A stretch of 64,000 nucleotides of DNA from Blastocatellia bacterium (GCA_963765495.1 CAVXWP010000009.1:416001-480000); one strand, 5' to 3'. Shown: positions 18,283 to 28,261, numbered from the stretch's first letter. The notes: generated by a model from the sequence alone, not told the origin. A program made the numbers and translations.

Positions 18283-20658
18283 ATGAATCATAGAAGAATC
18301 TTTCTGGGCATATCGCTTACGACGCTTGCAGTGCTGATGCTTGAACTGACGCTCACGCGGCTCTTTTCAGCCACGATGTATTATCATTTCGCCTTCATGG
18401 CGATCTCGCTTGCGCTGTTCGGATCGGGCGTGAGCGGCGTATTCATATATCTGTTCCAGCGCAGGTTCGACCCGGCGCGAACAGGCAGGTGGCTCAGCCT
18501 GTGGGCGGTGCTCTTTTCGCTTTCGACCGTATTCGCTCTCTGGGTGATACTTTCGAATCCGCTTGTCTTCTCGGACGGAACGGAAAATTTCCTGCGGCTG
18601 ACAAAGATTTATGGCGCTACGACTCTGCCGTTTTTCTTTGGCGGCTGCGCGGTCACGCTTGCAATCACAAGGCTCGCAAAAGAGATAAGCCGCCTCTATC
18701 TGTTCGACCTGGCGGGCGCGGCTTTGGGGTGCCTCCTGCTCATACCCGTAATCAATCTGGTAGGCGCAATCAACACGGTGCTTCTCGCTTCGGCGATTGC
18801 GGCGGCGGCGGCGGCTCTCTTCTCAACTTCCACGCCCGGAGGCCGCGCCTATCTGGTCGCTTCGCTCGTAGTGGCCGTAGCGATTAGCGGCGTCATCGTC
18901 CTCAACAGCCGAAACGAGTGGATAGACATACACAGATCGAAGGGGATGAAAGAAGAGAATGTTCTCTTCTCCAAGTGGAACTCTTTTTCGCGCATCACCG
19001 TCGATGGCATCCCCGATCAGTATATGCAAATCAAGATTGACGCGGACGCGGCTACGGGTATCACAAAGAACGCAAGCGATGTAGAGAGTCATCAGGGCGA
19101 GCGAAGAAGCATCACCGCTCTGGCCTATAATCTGAAGCAGGGGGCGAGCACGCTGATAATAGGGCCGGGCGGGGGCAATGATGTGATGGCGGCCCGCGTA
19201 TTCGGGCAGCGCCCCATCACGGCGGTCGAAATCAACCCCATCATCGCTCGCGATGTTATGTCATCCGAGCCGTTCAAGAGTTTTTCAGGCTCGATATATC
19301 AACAGCCCGATGTGCGGCTCGTCGTTGACGAAGGACGTAGTTTTATACGCAGTTCCGCAGATCACTACGACATCATCCAGGCCACGATGGTCGACACGTG
19401 GGCCGCAACCTCGGCGGGCGCGTTCGCGCTGACGGAAAACAACCTCTACACGGTCGAGGCGTTCAAGGATTATGTCACGCATCTTTCCGATGACGGGTTG
19501 CTGACGATGACTCGATGGTACTTCGAGCCGCCCGACCAATTGCTTCGGCTCATCTCGCTTTCCCGCGTAATGATGTCCGAACTTGGCATCACAAATCCGG
19601 CGCGGCACATTATGCTTGTGCGCGACGCGAGCAGCGGCAGCGAGCGCACGCCCGCGACCTACATCTTCAAGAAGAGCGAATTCACAGACGACGAGGTGCG
19701 AAGAATCGAAGCGGTCGCGGCGGAAAATGATTTCCAGCTTCTCTATACACCGCTCACCCGACCCGATAACATATTCACGAAAATGATAGAGGCCCCGGAC
19801 CCGTCCGATGTATGGCGTACGTTCGAGACCAACGTCGAGCCTACGCGGGATAATAATCCGTTCTTCTTCAACTCGATTCGCCTGTCGAATCTCGGGCGGG
19901 CGCTTGGCGGCGTAGATGAATGGCAAAAGACCAATCTCGGCACCTTCGTGCTGTTCGCGTTGTTTGCGTTGACCTCTGTGCTCGTGGTGCTTTTCATAAT
20001 CGGGCCGCTCCTGCTTGCGCGAGGACGCGCGCTTGTAAGCGGCTCAAAAGGAACTCTCTCTTACCTGATATATTTCGCGTGTCTCGGCGCGGGCTTTATC
20101 ATAGTCGAGATAGCTATGGTGCAGAAGTTTATCCTTTTTCTGGGCCACCCGGTCTACGCGCTCGCAGTAGTGCTTTTCTCGTTGCTCACCTTCAGCGCGG
20201 CGGGCAGCTACCTGAGCGGGCGCTTCGACGAAGAACGGCTTGTAGGGGCGCTCACGAAATTGCTGCTTGTCCTCGTTGCGCTGGTCATCGTTTACATACT
20301 CGTGCTGCCGCCGATCTTTTATAATCTCGTGCAACTGGCGCGGCCGATTCGCATCGTCATCGCGGTGGTGTTGATGGCCCCGCTAGCAATGGTGATGGGT
20401 ATGCCGATGCCTACAGGGATAAGGATACTGGCGCGCAATGCGCCTGAGATCATCCCCTGGGCCTGGGGAGTCAACGGCGCGACATCGGTCATGGGATCGG
20501 TAGCGGCGCTTGTCATAGCGATTCTGACCGGCTTTAATCAGGCCCTTATAATCGGCGCGGCGCTTTATCTGCTGGCCATCTTCTTTATCACACGGGCGCG
20601 CGCTAAACGAGGCAAGATCGTAGCCGAACATCCTCTGGCCGAATCCGTAAACGCCTGA
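18283..20658 (+). CDS. Multi-TM protein with central SAM-binding (spermidine-synthase-like) domain
   Basis: About 7 N-terminal and 6 C-terminal TM segments; LIIGPGGGND, VEINP, DEGRSF, YDII, LYTVEAF; start at ATG 18283 with GGAG RBS. Confidence 0.85.
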   Translation: MNHRRIFLGISLTTLAVLMLELTLTRLFSATMYYHFAFMAISLALFGSGVSGVFIYLFQRRFDPARTGRWLSLWAVLFSLSTVFALWVILSNPLVFSDGTENFLRLTKIYGATTLPFFFGGCAVTLAITRLAKEISRLYLFDLAGAALGCLLLIPVINLVGAINTVLLASAIAAAAAALFSTSTPGGRAYLVASLVVAVAISGVIVLNSRNEWIDIHRSKGMKEENVLFSKWNSFSRITVDGIPDQYMQIKIDADAATGITKNASDVESHQGERRSITALAYNLKQGASTLIIGPGGGNDVMAARVFGQRPITAVEINPIIARDVMSSEPFKSFSGSIYQQPDVRLVVDEGRSFIRSSADHYDIIQATMVDTWAATSAGAFALTENNLYTVEAFKDYVTHLSDDGLLTMTRWYFEPPDQLLRLISLSRVMMSELGITNPARHIMLVRDASSGSERTPATYIFKKSEFTDDEVRRIEAVAAENDFQLLYTPLTRPDNIFTKMIEAPDPSDVWRTFETNVEPTRDNNPFFFNSIRLSNLGRALGGVDEWQKTNLGTFVLFALFALTSVLVVLFIIGPLLLARGRALVSGSKGTLSYLIYFACLGAGFIIVEIAMVQKFILFLGHPVYALAVVLFSLLTFSAAGSYLSGRFDEERLVGALTKLLLVLVALVIVYILVLPPIFYNLVQLARPIRIVIAVVLMAPLAMVMGMPMPTGIRILARNAPEIIPWAWGVNGATSVMGSVAALVIAILTGFNQALIIGAALYLLAIFFITRARAKRGKIVAEHPLAESVNA

Positions 20659-20659
20659 C

Positions 20660-20792
20660 GAAGGGATGAGGGATGAGGGATGAGGGATGAAAAAGACTGT
20701 TGCATGAGTACACGTTGAAAAGCGGTTTGTCAGTAATCGAGATAATTCCTGAGAGTCCGTTTCATCCCTCATCCCTCATCCCTCATCCCTTC
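20660..20792. repeat. (GGGATGA)n inverted heptamer-repeat element
   Basis: Four units per arm, perfectly complementary arms, unique spacer. Confidence 0.92.
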
Positions 20793-20932
20793 CGCTGTCG
20801 TCTGCTTGCAATACGCCGCTGATCGAATAGCGCGTACCAAAAGAATCCAACCGCTTATATCCAACCACGTCATAGACGCAAAAATCCGTAAAATTTGAAG
20901 GTTTTTGATAATTTTGGGAATACCTGGGTCGA

Positions 20933-20948
20933 TGGTACGAAGGTTGCA
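20933..20948 (+). promoter_or_regulatory. Sigma-54 (-24/-12) promoter
   Basis: TGGTAC-GAAGG-TTGCA, one mismatch to TGGCAC-N5-TTGCW with GG and GC intact, just upstream of the GGAGG RBS of 20973. Confidence 0.7.
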
Positions 20949-20972
20949 ATTTCATCAGAGCGGAGGTTAGCG

Positions 20973-21194
20973 ATGACAGCACTATTGGCAATAGTAACGG
21001 GAGTGATGATGACGGCGGTAGGAGTTGCAATCGCAGGGCTGGTCCTTGAGATCATCCTGGTTTTGTTGAGTCGAAGCTTTGCGCCCGAGCGACCCGCTGA
21101 AGCAGCCGAGATAAAGAGCAGGCCGGTCGTCATTGAATTCAAGCCGTCTGAAAGCGCTGTCAATGCTATGGAATGGATCGAAGAGGCGGCGTAA
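20973..21194 (+). CDS. Small membrane protein (73 aa)
   Basis: GGAGG RBS; hydrophobic N-terminal half, acidic tail. Confidence 0.7.
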   Translation: MTALLAIVTGVMMTAVGVAIAGLVLEIILVLLSRSFAPERPAEAAEIKSRPVVIEFKPSESAVNAMEWIEEAA

Positions 21195-21233
21195 AGCCGG
21201 TCAAACTTATCAAGACATATCAAGGAGGATACT

Positions 21234-21383
21234 ATGCTTTGGACAATTTTCGTAATTCTGTTGGTTTTGTGGATTCTCGGCCTTGTTAGCGGAACAACCT
21301 TTGGTGGCTTTGTTCACCTGTTGATCGTGCTCGCAGTGGTAGTGCTTATATTCCAGTTGCTGAGCGGTCGTCGGGCTGTCTAG
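21234..21383 (+). CDS. lmo0937-family small membrane protein (49 aa)
   Basis: Hand-translated MLWTIFVILLVLWILGLVSGTTFGGFVHLLIVLAVVVLIFQLLSGRRAV; AAGGAGG RBS. Confidence 0.9.
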   Translation: MLWTIFVILLVLWILGLVSGTTFGGFVHLLIVLAVVVLIFQLLSGRRAV

Positions 21384-21433
21384 CTGTGCCGGATTGAAAA
21401 TATCACAAGGTTCCTTTAGAGGAGGAGAATATC

Positions 21434-21595
21434 ATGGCAGATGAAGGTTCAACCGCCGGTCTGTATATATTGATTGCGTTTCTGATAATTCTTGTGGTCG
21501 GAGCGTTGCTATACTTCGGCGGCGTTTTCACTCAGAAGAAATCAGTGGACATTAATATCAATAAGCCAGGCGTAGTCCTACAACTCACCCGGTGA
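21434..21595 (+). CDS. Small single-TM protein (53 aa)
   Basis: Hand-translated MADEGSTAGLYILIAFLIILVVGALLYFGGVFTQKKSVDININKPGVVLQLTR; GGAGGAG RBS. Confidence 0.8.
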   Translation: MADEGSTAGLYILIAFLIILVVGALLYFGGVFTQKKSVDININKPGVVLQLTR

Positions 21596-21621
21596 GAGAA
21601 CGAACAAGCTGGGTTATGGGT

Positions 21622-21647
21622 GGGGCATCTGAGAAAGGTGCCCCTTT
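21622..21647 (+). terminator. Putative intrinsic terminator between convergent genes
   Basis: ggggcatct-gagaa-aggtgcccc hairpin followed by ttt. Confidence 0.55.
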
Positions 21648-21653
21648 GCTATT

Positions 21654-23183
21654 TCAATTCAACCTTTCGTGCAGCAGCACTTTTACACCTGCGCGCCAGT
21701 TTTCATTTATCCCAAGGCGATAAACGGGCACGTGATCCTGTATGGTTTGCGCGATCAGTTTCGTAGTGGCGTGAAAACGAAATAGCGGCGCTACGAGATA
21801 GATCATCGGTCGAGCGTCTGAGAGTCTTAATCCTGCAAAGTAACCGCGTTTCTGGAAATCTTTTCGCTTCAAATGCCACTGGACTCTGAGCCAGTAATCG
21901 AGTCCCTGAAACGGGAATTCGACATCTTCGCTCACTTTCAATTCAATCACAACCAGGCGGCCATCACGCGTGGAGGCAAGCAGGTCTATAAAGGCCCGCT
22001 GCTCGCCGCGATAGGCCGGAACCTGAGAGTAAACAAAGCGAGGGTCAAGCGTTGCGTCGAGAATCGTTATATCGCGGCGTATGATGGATTCGAGCCATTG
22101 TTCACCCTGAGCGCGAAAAATCTGATCGTTGCGGTGCTCGGAATCGGCGCTGCGACGCGAGGCTATTTCAAAGATCAGTTCTTCAAGCTCCCGTCTGTTT
22201 GTTTGATCCAGTATCTTCTTCCCGCCCCCCGATCCAACACCCGATCCAAATTCAACCCGCCGCCGCGCAGTTGATACGCGGGCAAAATCCAGACCATGAA
22301 TCGAAAGTTTGATCGAGCCGTGCTGCATTTGAATCTCTATCAAATCGGGCGCGAGTCCGGCTATCGAATCAACCAGGGCCGAAAGCTCGGGATCGCTTTG
22401 CAAGACGCGCGGCCACCTGGCTCGGCGCGCCGCTTTTCGCAGGTTGTCGGCCACATCGCCCTGATCGAAAGCCGCGACAGGCTCAAGGGTCTTACTCGTC
22501 TCGTCTACCTCGTAAAGCGAAATATCCGCAAAGTCAGACCGCAGCCGAGTCATGCGAGTCGCTATCGTGATTGCGTGACCGCGCGGGACAAAGATCATCA
22601 GCCGGTTCACGCGGCTCTGTTTTCGGCGTAACGCCTCAAGCCAGATCACGGCATAGGCAAGCGTAGCGTTTATGTTCGAATCGGATTCCTGCCCGCTTAT
22701 TCCAATCCCCGCGATGAGCTTGCCGCGATAGCTGAGCACGAGCCGGGTATGGACTCCCGACAAATGGCTGCTATCATTGCGGGCGGAAGTGGCGCTTTCG
22801 ACCCGAAAGCCCGCGAGATTCGATTCAATTATCGCTGAAAGCGAGACGGTGAAGTCTTCACGCGAGCGCGCGGATTCAAACGCCACAGGGCCGTGTCGTA
22901 ATTCCACCGTGCAGCGAACCAGACCCATCTGCTTTGTGCAGTGAAGGCGCAAATGCTCGGACGCGACTTCGCAGCCCGTTATGCGCCACGAACGCGACCA
23001 CCCCTCGCCCCAGCACGAGAATATCAATTTGCCGTATGAAAATTCTGCCGCGCACCGTCCGGGCGACGTGGAAGAGATGAGTCGCCCGTCTTCGTACAGA
23101 TCGAAATCGCCGCCAAGCAGAAATAATTCGAGTTCATACCTGACGCGACTCAGATCATCCGTAGAATCGGTGTGATTCTTCAC
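21654..23183 (-). CDS. Hypothetical protein with C-terminal PD-(D/E)XK (NucS-like) nuclease domain
   Basis: EQWLES...SQVP...FIDLLASTRDGRLVVIELK...QGLDYW fits D...ExK plus QxxxY. Confidence 0.7.
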   Translation of the reverse strand: MKNHTDSTDDLSRVRYELELFLLGGDFDLYEDGRLISSTSPGRCAAEFSYGKLIFSCWGEGWSRSWRITGCEVASEHLRLHCTKQMGLVRCTVELRHGPVAFESARSREDFTVSLSAIIESNLAGFRVESATSARNDSSHLSGVHTRLVLSYRGKLIAGIGISGQESDSNINATLAYAVIWLEALRRKQSRVNRLMIFVPRGHAITIATRMTRLRSDFADISLYEVDETSKTLEPVAAFDQGDVADNLRKAARRARWPRVLQSDPELSALVDSIAGLAPDLIEIQMQHGSIKLSIHGLDFARVSTARRRVEFGSGVGSGGGKKILDQTNRRELEELIFEIASRRSADSEHRNDQIFRAQGEQWLESIIRRDITILDATLDPRFVYSQVPAYRGEQRAFIDLLASTRDGRLVVIELKVSEDVEFPFQGLDYWLRVQWHLKRKDFQKRGYFAGLRLSDARPMIYLVAPLFRFHATTKLIAQTIQDHVPVYRLGINENWRAGVKVLLHERLN

Positions 23184-23248
23184 ACGCGCCTTTTAACAGC
23201 CCGTTCATCCCTGGTCAAGGCCGTATGAAAGATGGGCGCAAATTGAAT

Positions 23249-24328
23249 TCAGGCGGAAGCCTTGTGGCGGGCGGCAAGCTGGCCGCAGGCAGCCGAGATG
23301 TCCTGGCCTCGAGGGCGGCGAATAAAGGCGGGCAGCCCCGATGCGGTCAATATCTTTTGAAACGCGAGTATCCGCTCCATCGAAGACGATTGATAAGGAA
23401 GCTCGGGCGCGGGGTTGTGCGGGATCAAATTCACCTTGGCGCGCACGCTCGCAAGCAACTGCACAAGCTCGCGCGCGCTCGGGTCGCTGTCGTTGATTCC
23501 CCGTAGCATAACGTATTCGAATGTCAGCCGCTCGCGCTCGCCCAGAGGATACCTGCGGCACGCTTCCATCAATTCGGCGAGTGGATATTTTCGGTTTATA
23601 GGAAACAACTGATTGCGGATTTCATCATTGGGCGCGGTCAGCGATATGGCCAGCCTCGGTCGCACATCCTCTTTGGCCAGCCTGTAGATCGCAGGCACAA
23701 TGCCCGCGGTCGAAAGCGTCACGCGGCGCGGCGCGATGGCGAGACCTCCGCTATCGGCAAAGAGCCGTATTGATCCGATCACGCTTTCATAGTTGAGCAG
23801 CGGCTCGCCCATCCCCATCATCACGATGTTTGTTCCGTGGGGAGTTTCGACGCCCGGCCCGTAAACTTCGTTTAGCACTATGACGACCTGCGAGATTATT
23901 TCGCCCGCCATCATGTTGCGCTTGAGCCCGATCACACCCGTCATGCAGAAATCACAGGCCAGAGGGCAGCCCACCTGACTCGATATGCATATGGTATCGC
24001 GTCTGTCTTCGGGCATGAAGACGGATTCTACCTCGCGGTCGTCGCCAAGCCTGAGCAAAAACCTTCTCGTCCCGTCCGAAGACACAAAGACGTTTTCTAT
24101 CCGCGTACGGGTCACAACCGCTCGTTCTTCAAGGAGCCGGCGCAGCGTCTTTGGCAAATCCGTCATCTGATCGAAGGCAGTGAGGCGACGGCGATATACC
24201 GCATCGTAAAGCTGACGTGCGCGATAGGGCTTTTCATCGAACGTCCGCAGAAAAACGCACATCTCATCTGCACTGAGGCCAAGCAACTCTATTCTGTTTT
24301 CCGCACCCTCGCTGCTCATCAAATCCAA
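23249..24328 (-). CDS. rlmN: Dual-specificity RNA methyltransferase RlmN
   Basis: CISSQVGCPLACDFC, MGMGEPL, ISAACGQL. Confidence 0.96.
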   Translation of the reverse strand: MDLMSSEGAENRIELLGLSADEMCVFLRTFDEKPYRARQLYDAVYRRRLTAFDQMTDLPKTLRRLLEERAVVTRTRIENVFVSSDGTRRFLLRLGDDREVESVFMPEDRRDTICISSQVGCPLACDFCMTGVIGLKRNMMAGEIISQVVIVLNEVYGPGVETPHGTNIVMMGMGEPLLNYESVIGSIRLFADSGGLAIAPRRVTLSTAGIVPAIYRLAKEDVRPRLAISLTAPNDEIRNQLFPINRKYPLAELMEACRRYPLGERERLTFEYVMLRGINDSDPSARELVQLLASVRAKVNLIPHNPAPELPYQSSSMERILAFQKILTASGLPAFIRRPRGQDISAACGQLAARHKASA

Positions 24329-25606
24329 TCACTCTGCTTTCAAGGTTATATGCGTGATCTCAGGCGGCGCATTGATACGAACAGGCGGGCCGGTCGTCCC
24401 CAATCCCCGATTGACGTAGAGATGGGAATCGCCTATCTTAAACAGCCCCGCTATAAACATCGTCGCAAGTTTGGCCGGCGCTATTATAAAATCACCAAAC
24501 GTAAGCGCTATCTGACCGCCGTGTGTGTGGCCCGATAAAGTAAGATGAATACCGGCCCTTGCCGCCTGCGGAAAGACATCCGGCGAATGCGAAAGCAACA
24601 GCGTAGTCCCTTCAAGAGAGATGCCCTTTAGCGCCTGACCAAGCGCATTCGGCCCTTCTCTTGTGCCTATATAATCAACGCCGATGACGTTGAGGCGGGC
24701 TGTGCCTACCTCGATTATCTCATTTTTGTTTCTCAGCAATTTGAACCCGGCAGCGGTAAATCCGCGAGCAAGGTCGGATTCGGAGGAGCTAAACATATCG
24801 TGATTTCCGAGGCATCCGAAGACGCCGCGTCGGGCTCGCAGATTAGAGGCTGCTCTCATAAACGGCGGCACCTGCTCCTTCTTGGTGGCGACGTAATCGC
24901 CCGTCAGGGCCACCAGGTCGGGCGAGAGGCTGTTGGCAATGCTTACATACTCGTTCATCTGCGACTCCGACATAAAGAGCCCCGAATGCAGATCGCTCAA
25001 CTGCACGATTGTAAAGCCGTCGAGGTCGGGTGAGAGTCCGGGCACGGGTACGACGATTTTTTCAACCACCTTGCGGGACCGGGCCGCGACCGCTCCATAA
25101 GCAGAGACGGCAAACGGCATTGAAGCCATCGCCATAAGCGCCATCTGTAAGAACCGCCTGCGAGACAGATCGAAAACCTCGATGGTCGTAGCGGTCTCCT
25201 GGTCGGCCCCCCTTTTTCTGAAAAACTGCGCAGCGGCAAATATGGCCATTGCAACGGGCGCGGCGGCGGCGAAAAGGAAAGAACCAAAGGTCCAGACGAA
25301 AAACGTGTATGCAAACGGGCGTATCAGCGCTTCATATTGCGGCGGCGGCGAGTATATAAAAACCTGGCGAGGATTGAACAGCCCTTCGATCATAAAAGCG
25401 ATGAGCGGGATGTTCAGTATTACGATCAAGCCGATGGCCGAGGCGATAAGGGCTCTCTCTCTGCGCCGCTCAAGCGTCATCGAGCGAATTATGCGAACAA
25501 AAGCGCGAAGAACATACAATTGAACCGAGGCCAGCAGCAAAGCAAAAACCAGCCTCGCGACCACTACTAAAAACTCTCTGCTTATCAAACCGAACAACTC
25601 TGCCAT
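24329..25606 (-). CDS. Membrane-anchored metallophosphoesterase
   Basis: SDLH, TGD, GNHD, LSH and SGHTHGGQ motifs; N-terminal TMs and SRRRFL. Confidence 0.92.
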   Translation of the reverse strand: MAELFGLISREFLVVVARLVFALLLASVQLYVLRAFVRIIRSMTLERRRERALIASAIGLIVILNIPLIAFMIEGLFNPRQVFIYSPPPQYEALIRPFAYTFFVWTFGSFLFAAAAPVAMAIFAAAQFFRKRGADQETATTIEVFDLSRRRFLQMALMAMASMPFAVSAYGAVAARSRKVVEKIVVPVPGLSPDLDGFTIVQLSDLHSGLFMSESQMNEYVSIANSLSPDLVALTGDYVATKKEQVPPFMRAASNLRARRGVFGCLGNHDMFSSSESDLARGFTAAGFKLLRNKNEIIEVGTARLNVIGVDYIGTREGPNALGQALKGISLEGTTLLLSHSPDVFPQAARAGIHLTLSGHTHGGQIALTFGDFIIAPAKLATMFIAGLFKIGDSHLYVNRGLGTTGPPVRINAPPEITHITLKAE

Positions 25607-25714
25607 TACTTGCGTGCCTGCCCTACTTCCTTTGACTCTCGCGGCCTTGATCCGCTTCTTTCATGATAAGGGGTGGCGGCCATCCATCCAAGTCTAATTA
25701 ATGAAGCGCAAATA

Positions 25715-25771
25715 TTGACAGGATTTTCAGGATTCAATAGGGTTAAAAGAGAATCCTGAAAATCCTGTCAA
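25715..25771. repeat. Perfect 21-bp inverted repeat with 9-nt periodic arms (CAGGATT)
   Basis: TTGACAGGATTTTCAGGATTC-15 nt-GAATCCTGAAAATCCTGTCAA; related half element near 35800-35827. Confidence 0.85.
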
Positions 25772-25895
25772 AAAGATGGCTCGACTTACTTTGGAGTGCC
25801 CGGCTTGACAGCGCCAATTTCAGCTATATAGATTACTTCTTCCGAAATTCAAACGGCTCCACTACTGGCAACAACTCAAAGAAGGAGTATAGAGC

Positions 25896-27170
25896 ATGAA
25901 CAAGAGGCCGACGCTTGCGCTTGCGGCGCTGCTGGTAATTGCTTCCGCGTCTTTCATATCAGGCGCAAAGACGGTCGTAGTGACCGCGCAAAAGAGACAG
26001 ATCGTTTACGTCTGCCCTATGGACAAGGACGTAAAATCGAAGACCCCCGGCAAATGTCCCAAATGCGGCATGACCTTAAAGGAAGCAAATGAAGCTGATT
26101 TGAAAGCTCCGCCGAGCGCCGAGACTGAAAAGCGAGACGGTCCCGTAACAAGCATGAAAATACCTGATGTGACGGTTTATGATCAGGACGGGAAACAACT
26201 GCATTTCTACAGCGATCTGGTTCGGGGAAAGACCGTAGCAATCAATTTCATATTCACTACCTGCACGACTATCTGCCCGCCGCTTACGGCTACATTTCGC
26301 AAAGTGCAACAGGAACTGGGCAACGACGGGGGCCGCGATGTGAGGTTGATTTCCGTAAGCGTTGATCCTGCCAATGATGTCCCGGAAAGGCTGAAAGCTT
26401 TCGCAGCCGCCTTTGGGGCCGAGCCGGGCTGGAGCTTCGTCACGGGCAATAAACTCGATATAGATCGGCTGCTGAAGGCGCTGGGCGCGTTCGTCGGAGA
26501 CAAAAACGATCATACGCCTATGATCCTTGTGGGAAATGAGAAGGCGGGTTACTGGACCCGCACATACGGGCTTGCCGCGCCAGCGACGCTTATCAGGATA
26601 ATCAACGAAGCGGCTGACAAGACTGCTGCCGAACCTGCCGAGCCCGCCTCTTCAAATCAGAGCGCGAAAGCCAAAACGCCCGCCGATGTAGCGGCAGAAT
26701 ATTTCCCCGACATGGAATTGCTGACTCAGGAAAACAAACCTGTTCATTTCTTTGATGATCTGCTAAAAGGCAAAACGGTCCTGGTAAATTTCGCCTTCAC
26801 AACCTGTACGGGCGTCTGCCCGCCTATGACCGCCAACCTCGCAAAGGTTCAGACGCTTCTCGGAGACCGCGTAGGCCGCGACATAAACATGATCACCATC
26901 AGCGTTGATCCAGTTACCGATACGCCCGACGAGATGAAGAAATTCGCTCAAAAATTCAATGTGAAACCGGGCTGGTATTTTCTGACCGGCAGGAAAGAAC
27001 TCGTGGATCAATTAGCCTACAAACTGGGCGGCTATGTCGAGGATAAAAACCAGCACACCAACATCCTTATCATCGGCAACGTAGAGACGGGCGAATGGGC
27101 AAAGGTCTTTGCTATGTCCCCACCCGATCAGATTGTAGCCGAAGTCAAAAAAATTTCCCCCGACAGGTAA
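25896..27170 (+). CDS. Tandem two-domain SCO family protein with N-terminal heavy-metal-binding motif
   Basis: Signal peptide; YVCPMD...PGKCPKCGM; two SCO domains (FTTCTTICP, FTTCTGVCP) each with SVDP and a distal His. Confidence 0.88.
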   Translation: MNKRPTLALAALLVIASASFISGAKTVVVTAQKRQIVYVCPMDKDVKSKTPGKCPKCGMTLKEANEADLKAPPSAETEKRDGPVTSMKIPDVTVYDQDGKQLHFYSDLVRGKTVAINFIFTTCTTICPPLTATFRKVQQELGNDGGRDVRLISVSVDPANDVPERLKAFAAAFGAEPGWSFVTGNKLDIDRLLKALGAFVGDKNDHTPMILVGNEKAGYWTRTYGLAAPATLIRIINEAADKTAAEPAEPASSNQSAKAKTPADVAAEYFPDMELLTQENKPVHFFDDLLKGKTVLVNFAFTTCTGVCPPMTANLAKVQTLLGDRVGRDINMITISVDPVTDTPDEMKKFAQKFNVKPGWYFLTGRKELVDQLAYKLGGYVEDKNQHTNILIIGNVETGEWAKVFAMSPPDQIVAEVKKISPDR

Positions 27171-27226
27171 TTACACTTAAGATTTGAGATTTGGGATTTT
27201 GATTCTTGGGGTCCCGAACAGCCCGG

Positions 27227-28237
27227 CTATTTCTCAAGCTTCTTCATAAGATCGCCGATCCTGTTTGAAAGCGAACCGCCGCGCAAGCCTACGGCGCGTA
27301 TTATCCCATCCTGATCTATCAAGACCGTATGAGGTATTCCCGGCACATTGTAAAGCTGCGCGATTCTAGCGCTTCGCCCGCCCGCATCGTAATACTGCGG
27401 CCAGGTTAGCCCTTCCTCGGTTACGTAGGATTCAAACGCTTCGACAGTCCGGTCCAGGTTGACTCCGATGATGACGAAACGGTCGCCGCCGTATTTGGTC
27501 CATATCTTTTTGACCTCCGGCATCTCCTGTCGGCACGGCCCGCACCAGCTTGCCCAGAAATCGAGCAACACGATCTTGCCCTTGAGCTTTTCAAGCGAAA
27601 GCTCTTTACCTTCGCTCGATTTTACCGAGAAAGTGGGAGCGAAGTTTGCCCCCGCCATAGCGGGATTTGCAATCATTGCCCGCGCCTGATTTGCCTTGCT
27701 CGATGAAGGGTCCAGTTCGAGAAATTGTTTCAAAACGGCTATGGCTTCATCGTTTCTGCCCAGTTTGATGAGTACGTGACCGAGATTGTAATAAGCCGTG
27801 GGCATCCCTTTCGAGTCGAGTTCGATAGCGCGTTTCAAAGCCGACTCCGCTTCGGGGAGCGATTTCTTGTCGTCGAGCAAAAACAGCGATGCGCCAAGCG
27901 CGTTATCGAGCGCCGCCTCATTTTTAGGTTTGAGCGCAACGGCCTGACGAAACGCGTCGGCGGCATTCTTGTAACTGGCCATCTGAAAATAGACCTGCCC
28001 CATCATCTGGAAGCACTCGGCGCATTGATCGTTACGCAATTTGGCGGCCTTCTCAAACTCCTTGATCGCGCCCTCGGGATCGCCGTTGCGGGCAAGCACG
28101 CGCCCCTGATCAAAGACTCGCTGCCATTCTTCACCCGACTCAAGCGCAGGGTTTCTGAATGTGTCCTGCGCCGCGGCCTCCGAAACTGCGAAAATCGCTA
28201 TAATGATTGCCAGATAAAAGCGCGCGTATTTGCTCAT
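27227..28237 (-). CDS. Secreted TPR plus TlpA-like thioredoxin protein
   Basis: Signal peptide, TPR repeats, DFWASWCGPC, IPHT cis-Pro loop. Confidence 0.88.
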   Translation of the reverse strand: MSKYARFYLAIIIAIFAVSEAAAQDTFRNPALESGEEWQRVFDQGRVLARNGDPEGAIKEFEKAAKLRNDQCAECFQMMGQVYFQMASYKNAADAFRQAVALKPKNEAALDNALGASLFLLDDKKSLPEAESALKRAIELDSKGMPTAYYNLGHVLIKLGRNDEAIAVLKQFLELDPSSSKANQARAMIANPAMAGANFAPTFSVKSSEGKELSLEKLKGKIVLLDFWASWCGPCRQEMPEVKKIWTKYGGDRFVIIGVNLDRTVEAFESYVTEEGLTWPQYYDAGGRSARIAQLYNVPGIPHTVLIDQDGIIRAVGLRGGSLSNRIGDLMKKLEK

Positions 28238-28261
28238 GACGACTCCTTGCCCGTAAAAACC

